Shown here piece after piece: positions 36,837-47,598 of a DNA stretch of 64,000 bases. Position numbers and translations under genes: made by a program. The DNA is taken from contig JBFWLW010000003.1 of assembly GCA_050251945.1 (NCBI GenBank), forward strand, positions 96,001 to 160,000. The letters are read 5' to 3'. This DNA comes from Deferribacterales bacterium (GTDB lineage Bacteria; Chrysiogenota; Deferribacteres; Deferribacterales; Geovibrionaceae). The notes below the pieces were generated by a model. The model saw nothing but the letters and a program-made list of their open reading frames with translations, made no database searches and was not told where the DNA came from. Numbering within the stretch: the stretch's first letter is position 1; every line of letters begins with the position of its first letter.

Positions 36837-39077
36837 ATGAAAAAGCTGGCGAAACCCACCAGCCTTGCGGGAAGGACGGGTATTTTAAAGAAGGATGCAG
36901 ATTCTGCGGCAGCGTCACGGGAGGAATCCAAAAAAATGGCTGTTGAAAAAGCAAGAGCAAGAACTCTGGCAAAACAACAGTCAAATGCGGAGCGACTCGC
37001 CACCGCATCCGAAGAGATGGCATCCGCCATTGAACAGGCTTCAAGCGCTGCAAACCAGCTTAACGCCTCCATGGAACAGGTAACAATAGCCTCCGCACAG
37101 GCAAGCAGAAGCGCGGAAGGTATCAAAAACGACACAACCGCTCTTGAAACAGACGCAAAGAACGTACTCTCCACAACCATAGAATATGAATCCTCCACGG
37201 CAGAACTCATTAAAAAAGTCAAATCCACAGTAACTGCCGCAAATGAACTCAAAGACTCCGTTAGAGACGCAACAGAAAAAGTTGAGGAATCAACACAGCT
37301 TGTTGACCAGCTTAAGGAAAAGGCGGACTCCATAGGACAAATAGTTCAGGTTGTTACAAAAATTGCCGACCAGACGAACCTTCTGGCGCTCAACGCCGCC
37401 ATTGAAGCGGCAAGAGCCGGAGAACACGGAAAAGGATTTGCCGTTGTGGCGGACGAAGTGCGCACACTGGCGGAAGTATCCGAAAAATCAGCAAAAAATA
37501 TTAAAAACGTTATAGATCAGTCGCTCACTCAGGTTCAGCACGTTGTCAGCAAGGTTGACAGCTTCCTGATCCTCTCCAGAACGAACCTTTACAAAGCGGA
37601 TTTCATCTCCAAACATTGCGGATATGTCGGCAGTCACACGGATGAAATAGGCATTGAGGTCGGAAAGATAAAAAACGGCGCTGTTTCCGTCAGCGAGGAA
37701 TCCTCCCGCGCAATGGATCTTGTGAACAGGCTTGCGTCCTCCGCAGAACAGAACGCGGCTGCGGCGGAAGAGGTGGGCAAGTTCACCGAAGAACAGACAA
37801 AAGCGTTCAGCGAATTGACCATCGCATCTCAGGAACTCGCGGAAATGGCGGACGACCTTAAACAGTCAACCGACATCGCGAAATCCTCCGAAGAGGTTGC
37901 GGCGGCGGCGGAAGAGCTTTCTTCCACAATCGAAGAACTTGACGCATCCGCAGACGAGGTTCTTAAAGCCATCGACCAGATGGACACCGGAACAACCGAA
38001 ATATTCACAGAAATAACCGGCATCACCAAAGAATTTGACAAGATAAACACTCACATAAACAACGTTAAAAACAGCTGGCACGTTATGGCCGATCACGGAA
38101 AGCTGGTTGACAACGCACTCGACGAAATAAAAGCGCTGGATCACCTTGTGTTCATCGACCAGCTTGAAGATGCGATGAACAACAACCATGAATTCCACGG
38201 ACAGCTCGACCCCACAAAATGTGCGTTCGGCGCATGGTATCTCACATATAAACCCGACGCGGGCAAAGAGGAAAAGGCGTTTGACTGTATACGCGAACCT
38301 CACAACCACGTTCACCTGGGCGCAGGCGAGATAGTGAACCTTATGAAAGACGGCAAAATTCAGGAAGCCAGACGCATTTTTGACGAAAAGGTGAGACCTG
38401 CTGTCGGTGAATTCAAAACTCAGTTCAAAGACTTCAAACACGGCATAGAGCTTATCATCAAAGGTTTCGTTGCATCCATCAACAACCTGAAAGACGTGCA
38501 CGATGAAGTGACCGTGCTGAACAAATCCTTCGGCAATATCAAAAAGATCGTAGACACCATCAACAACGTCGCCATCCAGACAAATATGCTTGCAGTTAAC
38601 GGTAATATAGAAGCAGCACGTTCAGGTGAATACGGAAGAGGATTTTCAGTTGTTGCCGCAGACATCCGCGCACTGGCAAACGAATCCGCAGACAACGCTG
38701 ACAAAATGAAAGACATCCTCGACGAGATGTACGATCAGGTCATCAACTTCCAGAACGAACTGGCAGAGATTACCTCTCTCATCCGCGTACAGATAACAAA
38801 ATCACAGTACGCGGTGGACAACCTCACGGAAGTTGGAGTGATACGCAAACATCTCATTGAACTTTATAAAACATGTTCAGGACACGTCGACGCTGCAGAA
38901 TCCAGAGTTGATCAGGTCAACGGAGCATGTGAAGAGGGCAGAGAGGCGGCAGAAAACCTTAAGGCTCTCTCCGAAGAGGCTAAAAACGCCGCAGACGAGC
39001 AGGTCAAAGGTCTTCGCGAAATAGCGGCGGCAGCAGAAGAGGTTGCATCTCTCGCAGACGAAATGCAGACATTCTGA
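36837..39077 (+). CDS. Soluble chemoreceptor with two signalling tips and a CZB domain
   Basis: [31 protein letters not shown] and [37 protein letters not shown]...CAFGAWY...H..VH; no TM helix. Confidence 0.92.
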   Translation: MKKLAKPTSLAGRTGILKKDADSAAASREESKKMAVEKARARTLAKQQSNAERLATASEEMASAIEQASSAANQLNASMEQVTIASAQASRSAEGIKNDTTALETDAKNVLSTTIEYESSTAELIKKVKSTVTAANELKDSVRDATEKVEESTQLVDQLKEKADSIGQIVQVVTKIADQTNLLALNAAIEAARAGEHGKGFAVVADEVRTLAEVSEKSAKNIKNVIDQSLTQVQHVVSKVDSFLILSRTNLYKADFISKHCGYVGSHTDEIGIEVGKIKNGAVSVSEESSRAMDLVNRLASSAEQNAAAAEEVGKFTEEQTKAFSELTIASQELAEMADDLKQSTDIAKSSEEVAAAAEELSSTIEELDASADEVLKAIDQMDTGTTEIFTEITGITKEFDKINTHINNVKNSWHVMADHGKLVDNALDEIKALDHLVFIDQLEDAMNNNHEFHGQLDPTKCAFGAWYLTYKPDAGKEEKAFDCIREPHNHVHLGAGEIVNLMKDGKIQEARRIFDEKVRPAVGEFKTQFKDFKHGIELIIKGFVASINNLKDVHDEVTVLNKSFGNIKKIVDTINNVAIQTNMLAVNGNIEAARSGEYGRGFSVVAADIRALANESADNADKMKDILDEMYDQVINFQNELAEITSLIRVQITKSQYAVDNLTEVGVIRKHLIELYKTCSGHVDAAESRVDQVNGACEEGREAAENLKALSEEAKNAADEQVKGLREIAAAAEEVASLADEMQTF

Positions 39078-39115
39078 TAATGCTCCTTGCAGCATACTGA
39101 CAGAGGAGAGATTAA

Positions 39116-40627
39116 ATGTCATCAGCAGTTGAAAGTCAGCAGGACAGCATATATGTGTCGTTCCGCCTCGGTCAGGAGACATACGGCATAGGGATCGACG
39201 ATGTTAAGCAGATAATCCGTCTGCCGCACATCACCCGTGTACCGAAAATGCCTCCCCACGTTCTGGGCATGACAAACCTCAGAGGTGAGGTAATGCCGCT
39301 CACGGATCTTTCGCTTCGCCTCGGATATCAGAAACCATGTGAAAACACGGACGATACACGCGTTATAGTGGTGGAAAAAGAGGGAACGCTCAACGGCTTC
39401 GTTGTTGAATCCGTAAGCGAGGTGAAATCCACAGAGGTACACCAGCTCGACGCTTTTCCCGAAATGCTGAACGCCGACGTAGACAAAAGATATATTAACG
39501 GCATAATGAAGGTGAATCAGGGCGGCAGTATTATGCTCGTCCAGATACTCAACACCGACGAAGTGATAGATATCACTGTGCTGAAAGCGCAGATAGAGAA
39601 ACAGGGATTCCGCAAAACCGCGGCAGCAAAAGCGGAAGAGGCGGCGGCGGCGAACCTGCACGAAAAGCGCTTCATCAGCTTTAACATAGGCAAACAGGAA
39701 TATGCAGTGGAGATACACCGCATAAACGAGATAATCTGGATGCCCGAAGTGACAGCAATTCCCGGACTGCCGGGATATGTTCTCGGTATTTTTTCGCTGC
39801 GCGGAAAAGTGATACCGCTCATCTCACTCCATGACAAATTCGGAAGAAAAAACAGTGTTATCAATGAAAACAGCAGAGTTATCATCGTTGACATTAACGA
39901 CGTGCTGGTAGCTTTTGCCGCAGACAAGGTAAACGCCGTATTAAGCGTTGAAGAGAATCTCATTGAGGAACCTCCGAAAGCTTTTGCAGAAGAAGACAGC
40001 GAAATATCCGCCGTGCTCAAGCTTGAAAAGGGCGAAAGACTGGTTATGGCTCTTGAGCCGAGAAACATCATGAACAAATCGGAACTGGAGGCACTTTCAA
40101 GGGTTGCCGATCAGTCCGCAGGGGATCTGACCATGACTGACCTTAACTCCCATTCAAAAGACGATGAAAAGCAGATAGTCACCTTTGAAATAGAAAACGA
40201 ACAGTACGGCATCCTTATTGAAAAGGTTCAGGAGATAAACCGCTACACCAACGTCACAAAAGTGCCGAAAACCCCTAAGTTTGTGGAAGGCATCATAAAT
40301 CTCAGGGGAGAGGTCATCCCGCTTATCGACCTGCGTACACGTTTTGACCTGAAAGCCAAGGAACGGGACGAATTTACCCGTGTTATCATCATTAATCTGA
40401 AAAAAATGAAGGTCGGCTTCGTCGTTGACGGAGTTGACGAGGTTCTGCGTATCAAAAACGAAGACATTGACGCAGTTCCGCCTGTTCTTTCCGCAACCGT
40501 AAGCTCGGAATTCATCGGGGGAGTCGTGAACATGGTCAGCAAACAGAAGATGATCCTTCTGCTCAACATTGAAGAACTGTTCTCGCAATCAGAAATGAGC
40601 AAACTGGAGAAAATGAAGCAGGAATGA
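39116..40627 (+). CDS. cheW: CheW with three tandem CheW domains
   Basis: Three copies of G..(N/S)LRG.V.PL. Confidence 0.93.
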   Translation: MSSAVESQQDSIYVSFRLGQETYGIGIDDVKQIIRLPHITRVPKMPPHVLGMTNLRGEVMPLTDLSLRLGYQKPCENTDDTRVIVVEKEGTLNGFVVESVSEVKSTEVHQLDAFPEMLNADVDKRYINGIMKVNQGGSIMLVQILNTDEVIDITVLKAQIEKQGFRKTAAAKAEEAAAANLHEKRFISFNIGKQEYAVEIHRINEIIWMPEVTAIPGLPGYVLGIFSLRGKVIPLISLHDKFGRKNSVINENSRVIIVDINDVLVAFAADKVNAVLSVEENLIEEPPKAFAEEDSEISAVLKLEKGERLVMALEPRNIMNKSELEALSRVADQSAGDLTMTDLNSHSKDDEKQIVTFEIENEQYGILIEKVQEINRYTNVTKVPKTPKFVEGIINLRGEVIPLIDLRTRFDLKAKERDEFTRVIIINLKKMKVGFVVDGVDEVLRIKNEDIDAVPPVLSATVSSEFIGGVVNMVSKQKMILLLNIEELFSQSEMSKLEKMKQE

Positions 40628-41697
40628 AAAAAGTAAGGGTACTGGTTGTCGACGATTCCGCATTAATGCGGAAGAAAATAAAAGAGATGCTGGACGATTC
40701 GTTCGGCATAGAGGTCGTCGATACGGCAAGAAACGGAGAGGACGGGGTTGCAAAGGCAATGGCGCTTAAGCCGGATGTCATAACCCTTGACGTGAACATG
40801 CCGGTGATGGACGGGCTGACAGCCCTTAAGATCATCACCGATAATAATATATGCCCTGTAATAATGCTCAGCTCGCTGACGCAGGAGGGCGCTACAACAA
40901 CCTTTCAGGCGCTGGAACTTGGCGCTTTCGACTTTGTGGCGAAACCCAGCGGAACAGTTTCCCGCGATATTGAGATGGTTAAAAGGGAACTGGCGGCAAA
41001 AGTTAAGGCGGCGGCAGGCATGGGCCTGTCGAAGCTAACCAGAAAAATAGCCGTTCCCAGATTTGAAAAACACGAAACAGAAGAACCTGAATACACGGCT
41101 TCGCGCGCGGCAAACGGCGATTTTAAAGCCGTCTGCATAGGGATTTCCACTGGCGGGCCGAAAACCATATTCGACGTCCTTCCGCATATCCCGCATGATC
41201 TGAACGCGGCGATATTTATGGTTCAGCATATGCCTGTGGGCTTTACTGAGGCTTATGCGAGAAGACTTAACGATTCCTGCCGCGTAACCGTTAAAGAGGT
41301 TGCGCCCGGAGACATAGTCACCCCGGGGATATGCTATGTTGGCAAGGCAGGCAACCATATGACGCTTTACAAAAAGATGAACGGCGAAATTACTGTTCGA
41401 CTGGGAAAAACACCGGATCATGCGTTTATCCCCAGTGTCGATATAATGATGGAATCCGTTTCCGGCATTTTCGGCGATAAGACACTGGGCGTTCTCATGA
41501 CGGGCATGGGTAACGACGGCGCCGCATCCATGTGCAGAATTAAGCAGGCAGGCGGGTTCACCATAGCAGAATCCGAAGAGACGGCAGTTGTGTACGGAAT
41601 GCCGAAAGAAGCGGTGCTTAAAGGCTGTGCGGACATAGTTCTGCCAAGCTATAAAATAGCCGCGGAGATATGCAGAAAAGTGGAAAGAGGTTGGTGA
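40624..41697 (+). CDS. cheB: Chemotaxis methylesterase CheB
   Basis: Receiver plus GISTGGP, QHMP, TGMGNDG. Confidence 0.96.
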   Translation: MKKVRVLVVDDSALMRKKIKEMLDDSFGIEVVDTARNGEDGVAKAMALKPDVITLDVNMPVMDGLTALKIITDNNICPVIMLSSLTQEGATTTFQALELGAFDFVAKPSGTVSRDIEMVKRELAAKVKAAAGMGLSKLTRKIAVPRFEKHETEEPEYTASRAANGDFKAVCIGISTGGPKTIFDVLPHIPHDLNAAIFMVQHMPVGFTEAYARRLNDSCRVTVKEVAPGDIVTPGICYVGKAGNHMTLYKKMNGEITVRLGKTPDHAFIPSVDIMMESVSGIFGDKTLGVLMTGMGNDGAASMCRIKQAGGFTIAESEETAVVYGMPKEAVLKGCADIVLPSYKIAAEICRKVERGW

Positions 41698-41698
41698 T

Positions 41699-41995
41699 AT
41701 GGAAATTAAGGAACTTAAAACCAAGATTAAGGTCACTTTCCCGGACGAATCCGAAATATTCATGGCAGAGGAGTTTCTGTCGCTTTTCGGCGAAATATCA
41801 TTCGGCGGAAAAGAGCTTGAGGCCGATATGACAAAGGTTTCCTCCATGGACACCGTGTTTCTGCAAATAACTCTTTCACTGTTTAAAACAGCGAAGGACG
41901 CAGGCTCAAAAATAACTCTTAAATCATGTGAGTCTTTTGATAAATTAATCAGTCTGTACGGATTGCAGATACAAGATGCAATCGGAGGGAATTAA
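41699..41995 (+). CDS. STAS-domain protein
   Basis: 98 aa with D.T.V.SMDT.FLQ; position typical for che operons. Confidence 0.75.
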   Translation: MEIKELKTKIKVTFPDESEIFMAEEFLSLFGEISFGGKELEADMTKVSSMDTVFLQITLSLFKTAKDAGSKITLKSCESFDKLISLYGLQIQDAIGGN

Positions 41996-42357
41996 TGAAA
42001 CGTATCCTTATTGTTGACGATGCCATAACCATGCGTCAGCTTGTTGCGGCGACGCTGAAGTCCGCCGGCTACGAAGTTGTGGACGCAAGGGACGGGGTGG
42101 ACGCGCTGAAAAAACTTGAAACGGGGCGCTTCAACCTCGTCGTTTCCGATGTCAACATGCCAAACATGGACGGCATCACATTTCTTAAAGAGATGAAGAA
42201 GAACCCTACCCATAAATTTACGCCTGTGATAATGCTGACGACCGAATCTCAGGCGGGTATCAAGGAAGAGGGCAGACAGGCGGGCGCAAAGGCATGGATA
42301 GTCAAGCCTTTTAAGCCCAACGACCTTCTTGCCGTAATAAAAAAGATAATCGGCTGA
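41995..42357 (+). CDS. cheY: CheY-like response regulator
   Basis: VDD, SDVNMPNMDG, LTTE, VKPF. Confidence 0.92.
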   Translation: MKRILIVDDAITMRQLVAATLKSAGYEVVDARDGVDALKKLETGRFNLVVSDVNMPNMDGITFLKEMKKNPTHKFTPVIMLTTESQAGIKEEGRQAGAKAWIVKPFKPNDLLAVIKKIIG

Positions 42358-42373
42358 CGACAGGAGCAGACAA

Positions 42374-43429
42374 GTGGACAGACAGACGCTCATTGAAAAG
42401 CTGAAAGACCCCGACGAGGCGGAAAGAATTTATACCGTTGAGGACGTTCTTTCCGAAAAGAACGAAGACCTCTATCCGGTACTCATCCGCCATATGTATT
42501 CGGAAACCAGCCGTCTTGTCCGCGAACTGATTGTCGAAGCTTTCAAAGTTCTCGACATTTCCCCTTTCTTTTCAGACATTGCGAAATATTTTGAATCTGC
42601 CGATGCGTACATAAGAAACTGTGCCATTGAGATATTCGGTTCAAAAGGCGAGGACGCGGTGGCGTTTCTCACCTCCATAATGGATCACCAGAACCGCGAG
42701 GTTCGCAAGCTTGTGCTGGACAGCCTTGTCGCCACAAGCTCAAAATATTCCATCCCCGCGCTGCGGGCGGCACTAAACGATAAAGCGCCCAACGTTATGA
42801 TGACTGCAGTGGAATACCTCGGCAAGATATACGACGAGGATTCATTGGAAGACATCATGAACATTTTTGAGAATACACACGAACCTATGGTTCGCATGTC
42901 CTGCCTAGAAACGCTGACGATAATGGGAAAACCCGCCACTGTTGACAGGGTTCTTGCCGTTGTCGGAGGAAGAACGATGGACAGCATCTTTAAGCCCACA
43001 GTCTTAAGACTTGTCGGGGAAAAAGGTGCAACACGCCATCTGGATTTTCTGCTCTCTTTTTTGAACAACAAAAACACAATGTATTTCAAAGAGATAGCAA
43101 ACGCTGTACTCAAGATCGTTTCCAGACACGACATACACAAGCTGGACGAGGGACATACAAAATTTATGCTGAACAACCTCCGCAACCTCGACGGGTATCC
43201 GGAGGAGAGACTTACTTTTCTTTATATTGTGTCGCACCTTGATATCCCGGACAAGGCAGCTCTTTACGAGGAACTGGCGTCAGATACAAACGAGAACATA
43301 TGCATGACAGCTCTCGAGCATCTGGCTGTGACAAACAGGGATAAAGCTATCAGGATAACCGAAATGAAGCTCGCAGGAGCGGACGGAGAGTACAGGAGAA
43401 TGCTCCAAAGTCTTCTGGAAACCTTATAG
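42374..43429 (+). CDS. HEAT-repeat protein
   Basis: Repeats YIRNCAIE, EVRKLVLD, NVMMTAVEYLG; immediately before cheR. Confidence 0.85.
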   Translation: MDRQTLIEKLKDPDEAERIYTVEDVLSEKNEDLYPVLIRHMYSETSRLVRELIVEAFKVLDISPFFSDIAKYFESADAYIRNCAIEIFGSKGEDAVAFLTSIMDHQNREVRKLVLDSLVATSSKYSIPALRAALNDKAPNVMMTAVEYLGKIYDEDSLEDIMNIFENTHEPMVRMSCLETLTIMGKPATVDRVLAVVGGRTMDSIFKPTVLRLVGEKGATRHLDFLLSFLNNKNTMYFKEIANAVLKIVSRHDIHKLDEGHTKFMLNNLRNLDGYPEERLTFLYIVSHLDIPDKAALYEELASDTNENICMTALEHLAVTNRDKAIRITEMKLAGADGEYRRMLQSLLETL

Positions 43430-43447
43430 GAGCGGCACAAGCGGATC

Positions 43448-44275
43448 ATGTTCATCAACAACGATGACTACACAGACCTGACAGCTTTTATTTATAAAAA
43501 GTCAGGTATTAAATTTGAAGAAAAGAAACGGTACTTCATCAACAAAAGGGTCGAAAAAAGACTTCTTGAGATGGGTATAGAGGGCGTAAGGGAATATCTG
43601 CGCTATCTCAAATTCAAGGACACCGGCGATGAGTTTCAGTCTCTCATGAACCTGCTTACGGTTAACGAGACCTATTTCTTTCGCGAGTTTTCCACCCTTG
43701 AAACATTTGCCGAGCATTGTCTTCAGGAGATAATCGAAAGGAAAGAGGCAGTAAACGACAGGAACCTGCGCATATGGTCTGCCGGATGCTCCACAGGCGA
43801 GGAACCCTATACGCTCGCGATTATATTAAGAGAGATGATGGACAACCTGCCGAGCTGGGATGTGCGCATACTGGCAAGCGACATAGACGAGAACGTTCTG
43901 GCAAAGGCCGATGAAGCAAAATATGACGACCGCAGTCTGAAAGACGTGCCGGACGAATATTATAGAAAATATTTCACCACCTCAGGCGGGTTTCATACCC
44001 CCGTAAGAGAGGTGCGGAACATGGTCACCTTTGAACATCTCAACCTGATGGACAGGGACGCCATGAGAAAAAAACGCGGATTTGATTTCATCTTTTGCAG
44101 AAATGTGCTGATATACTTTGACGAGCTGTCCAGAAAACAGGTGGTGGACCACTATTACATTTCCATGAACAAAGGCGGCTACATCTTTCTGGGACACAGC
44201 GAATCGGTGGGCAGAATAACCACCGCATTCAGTATGAAACGCATGGGGTCAGGCGTTGTATACTACAAGGGGTAA
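43448..44275 (+). CDS. cheR: Chemotaxis methyltransferase CheR
   Basis: TVNETYFFRE, WSAGCSTGEEPY, FCRNVLIYF, GHSES. Confidence 0.96.
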   Translation: MFINNDDYTDLTAFIYKKSGIKFEEKKRYFINKRVEKRLLEMGIEGVREYLRYLKFKDTGDEFQSLMNLLTVNETYFFREFSTLETFAEHCLQEIIERKEAVNDRNLRIWSAGCSTGEEPYTLAIILREMMDNLPSWDVRILASDIDENVLAKADEAKYDDRSLKDVPDEYYRKYFTTSGGFHTPVREVRNMVTFEHLNLMDRDAMRKKRGFDFIFCRNVLIYFDELSRKQVVDHYYISMNKGGYIFLGHSESVGRITTAFSMKRMGSGVVYYKG

Positions 44276-44277
44276 TT

Positions 44278-44643
44278 ATGGCTATTAAGGTATTGGTTAT
44301 CGACGATTCGGATATGGTTAGGCATTTCCACAGCAATATCCTTAAGTCTTCAGGGTTTGAGGCGGACGGAGCCATCGACGGAATGGATGCGCTTGAAAAG
44401 TCCATGCAGACCAACTATGCCCTGATGCTGTGCGATCTGAACATGCCCCGCATGGACGGAGTTACATTCATAAAAGAATACAGGAAAACGGGAAAAGAAA
44501 CCCCGATAATCATAATAACTACGCAGGAAGAACTGGAAAACCGTAAAAAAGGTTACGAATCAGGTGCAAACCTGTACATAACAAAGCCCGTTAAACCCGA
44601 CGACCTGATACTGAATATCAAGATGCTGCTGGGCATCATTTGA
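44278..44643 (+). CDS. cheY: CheY-like response regulator
   Basis: IDD, CDLNMPRMDG, ITT, TKP. Confidence 0.9.
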   Translation: MAIKVLVIDDSDMVRHFHSNILKSSGFEADGAIDGMDALEKSMQTNYALMLCDLNMPRMDGVTFIKEYRKTGKETPIIIITTQEELENRKKGYESGANLYITKPVKPDDLILNIKMLLGII

Positions 44644-44659
44644 TTACCGGAGTGGAAAT

Positions 44660-47587
44660 ATGACTCAGATCGACATGGAAAAATTCAGGATGGAGTTTCT
44701 TGAGGAGGCTGCCGATCTCCTCGAAAACGCCAACGAAAGCATCCTTAAAGCCGAATCGGAGGGAGATGCGGAACTGTTTAACGCGGTTTTTCGCAATATC
44801 CACACCATAAAGGGCAGTGCAGGAGGGTTCGGGTTCGACAATATGTCGGAGTTCGCACACCACCTCGAATCGCTGCTGGATAAACTTAGAAACGGCGATA
44901 TCAAAATTGACGGCGATATAACCGACCTGCTTCTGAAAGGGGTGGATATCCTTTTTGAAATGATAGAGTACGCACGCGGCAAAAAGACATACGACCGCGA
45001 CCTGTCGGACATAATAGCCATGTATGACGCCACAAACGGCGATAAACAGGAAGAGACACATAAAACCGAAACCGCCGTCAGGGATATCCCGCGCGCGGCG
45101 GCAGATATTTCTGAACATCTGAGGCTGAATGACCCCGGATTCGGAAAAGTTTACAGAGTTCAGGTGAACTTCACCGACGACATGCTTGAAAACGGGTACG
45201 ACCCGCAGACACTCCTTGCAAACCTTAAGGAGATATCCGAATATTATCTTGCCGTCACAGACACTTCCAATGTTCCCGTCTTATCGGTTCTGGAGCCTTA
45301 CAAGCTTTACCTGCGCCCTGAAATTTACATCATAAGCGACGCGGCAATCGAAGAAATAGCCGATCTTGCGTTCGACCCTGAACTCATGACCATCACAGAG
45401 ATATCATTGGAAGAGCAGAGCACATCCGAAGTGCCCGCGCAGACAAAAGAATTCTCCGAAGAGGAATCCGCCATCGAAAAAGTGGATACTTCCGGCATCC
45501 AGTACGAGATGCTTGCGGAGCTTGCCAGCGGGATAGAAGACTATTTTGAATCAATAGAAAATTTCCTCATAGATATAGAAAAAACAGGCGAAGGCAAAAA
45601 AGACGCAGTTGACAACATCTTCCGTGTTTTCCACAACATAAAAGGCGACTGCGGATATGTAGGTTTTAACTTCCTTGAGAAATACGCCCACCTCGTCGAA
45701 AACATGCTGGACAAGGTACGTTCCGGCGCAATAGTCTTCGACAGAAGGGCTGCGGAATTTATTCTTAACGTCATTTCCGACGTAAAGGCGCTGGTGAAAT
45801 CGCTGCTGAACAACACCACGCCCGAACTGCCGAAAACATACAGGCAGTTGCAGAACCTTCAGGAATCAATGCTCACTATGGAAGAGAAGACCCCCGCTGT
45901 GACAGGGGATGTAAAGATTTTCCTTGCGCAGGTGGATCAGTTTTTCGAGATAATCTCTCTGGCAAAAGCAGACGGCAACAATGCCGGAATGCTTAAACGC
46001 GCCGCAATGGGATTTTCCAACGCAGCCAAGTTCATAGGGTTCACCGACCTGATGGAGATAGCACATAAATTCGCAGACAAGGCCGGCACAGGTGCGGATT
46101 TTTCACCCGAGCTGGCGCAGATAGATCACTATATCAAAGACCTGAAATCTCCAGCCAAAAAGCTCGGTGAACTGCTGGTCGAATCCGGAAAAGTCACTGC
46201 AAAAGAGATAGAGGATGCGAAGGCACAACAGAAAAAGATAGGCGAAATACTTGTGGATCAGGGGAAACTTGAGCCGAAAGACCTTGAGATAGCTCTTAAG
46301 AAACAGGTTATCATGAAAGCCACCACAAGCGTCCCGGAATCCGACAACAGCAGCATCTCCCTCGCTTCCGCCCTCACAAAAGAGGAACAGGAGGAGAAGG
46401 GCGATACCTCCAAAGAGAAATATTCCCAGTCCATGAAGGTGGATCAGGAAAAAATAGACAAATTCACAAACACCATAGGCGAACTTGTGGTGGCAAAGAA
46501 CGCATACGAATACATGATGCAGAGGCTGATACGCGAGTTTGACCTCCCCACAAGCCTTATCAAGGACTTTAAGGACAACTCAAACCTGATATCGCGAATT
46601 TCTCAGGATCTCCAGCGTGATATCATGTCGCTGCGCATGGTGCCGATAAAACAGATTTTCAACAAATTTCCCCGCGTTGTAAGGGATATCGCACGCAAGC
46701 AGAACAAGCAGATAGACCTGCGCATAATAGGCGAGGACACAGAGATAGATAAGAAGATAGCGGATATCCTTTCCGACCCGCTGGTTCACCTTGTCCGCAA
46801 CTCCTGTGACCACGGGATAGAATCACCGGAGGACAGAGCCAAAGCTTCCAAACCGGAAGAGGGACAGCTCATTCTTAAGGCGTACAACGAGGGCAGTTTC
46901 GTCTATATCGAGGTTATTGACGACGGACGCGGAATGGATCCTAAAAAGATTCTGGCAAAGGCGGTACAGAAAGGACTTGCCCCCGACGATGCGGTGCTTT
47001 CCGACAACGAGATAATACAGTTCATCCTTGCGCCCGGCTTCTCCACTGCGGAACAGGTAACGGACATCTCCGGACGCGGCGTGGGTATGGATGTCGTTAA
47101 AAGCTCCATAACCAGTGTCGGCGGCACCATAGACGTTCAATCGTCGCTGGGCGACGGATCAAGGATGGTCATGAAGATACCCGTCACAATAGGCATGTCG
47201 ACATCGCTTCTTGTGCGGATGGAATCTGATGAACACTACGCTTTCCCCATTGAGAACGTGGCGGAAACCATAAAAATTGCCAAAGAACAGGTCAAAGACC
47301 TCCATTTCGGCAACGGAATATACTACAGAGGCAACGTACTGCCCCTGATACAGCTTTCAAAACTGCTCGGCGACGAGGAAAAAGAACTCGCCGATGAGGT
47401 TAATATCGTTATAACGGTTACAGATGAGGGGAAAACGGGTATAATTGTGGATGAACTGCTGAACAGAATGGACATCGCCATCAAACCCGTGCCGGAATAC
47501 TTCGCTCATCTTAATTATATAGGCGGCGTTACCATCCTTGGCGACGGACAGGCCGTTCTGGTTTTGAATGTAAACAAATTATTATAG
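44660..47587 (+). CDS. cheA: Chemotaxis histidine kinase CheA with two Hpt domains
   Basis: FRNIHTIKG and FRVFHNIKG; HLVRNSCDHG; GFSTA; SGRGVGMDVV; C-terminal CheW-like domain. Confidence 0.96.
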   Translation: MTQIDMEKFRMEFLEEAADLLENANESILKAESEGDAELFNAVFRNIHTIKGSAGGFGFDNMSEFAHHLESLLDKLRNGDIKIDGDITDLLLKGVDILFEMIEYARGKKTYDRDLSDIIAMYDATNGDKQEETHKTETAVRDIPRAAADISEHLRLNDPGFGKVYRVQVNFTDDMLENGYDPQTLLANLKEISEYYLAVTDTSNVPVLSVLEPYKLYLRPEIYIISDAAIEEIADLAFDPELMTITEISLEEQSTSEVPAQTKEFSEEESAIEKVDTSGIQYEMLAELASGIEDYFESIENFLIDIEKTGEGKKDAVDNIFRVFHNIKGDCGYVGFNFLEKYAHLVENMLDKVRSGAIVFDRRAAEFILNVISDVKALVKSLLNNTTPELPKTYRQLQNLQESMLTMEEKTPAVTGDVKIFLAQVDQFFEIISLAKADGNNAGMLKRAAMGFSNAAKFIGFTDLMEIAHKFADKAGTGADFSPELAQIDHYIKDLKSPAKKLGELLVESGKVTAKEIEDAKAQQKKIGEILVDQGKLEPKDLEIALKKQVIMKATTSVPESDNSSISLASALTKEEQEEKGDTSKEKYSQSMKVDQEKIDKFTNTIGELVVAKNAYEYMMQRLIREFDLPTSLIKDFKDNSNLISRISQDLQRDIMSLRMVPIKQIFNKFPRVVRDIARKQNKQIDLRIIGEDTEIDKKIADILSDPLVHLVRNSCDHGIESPEDRAKASKPEEGQLILKAYNEGSFVYIEVIDDGRGMDPKKILAKAVQKGLAPDDAVLSDNEIIQFILAPGFSTAEQVTDISGRGVGMDVVKSSITSVGGTIDVQSSLGDGSRMVMKIPVTIGMSTSLLVRMESDEHYAFPIENVAETIKIAKEQVKDLHFGNGIYYRGNVLPLIQLSKLLGDEEKELADEVNIVITVTDEGKTGIIVDELLNRMDIAIKPVPEYFAHLNYIGGVTILGDGQAVLVLNVNKLL

Positions 47588-47598
47588 CGGCGGGAATT

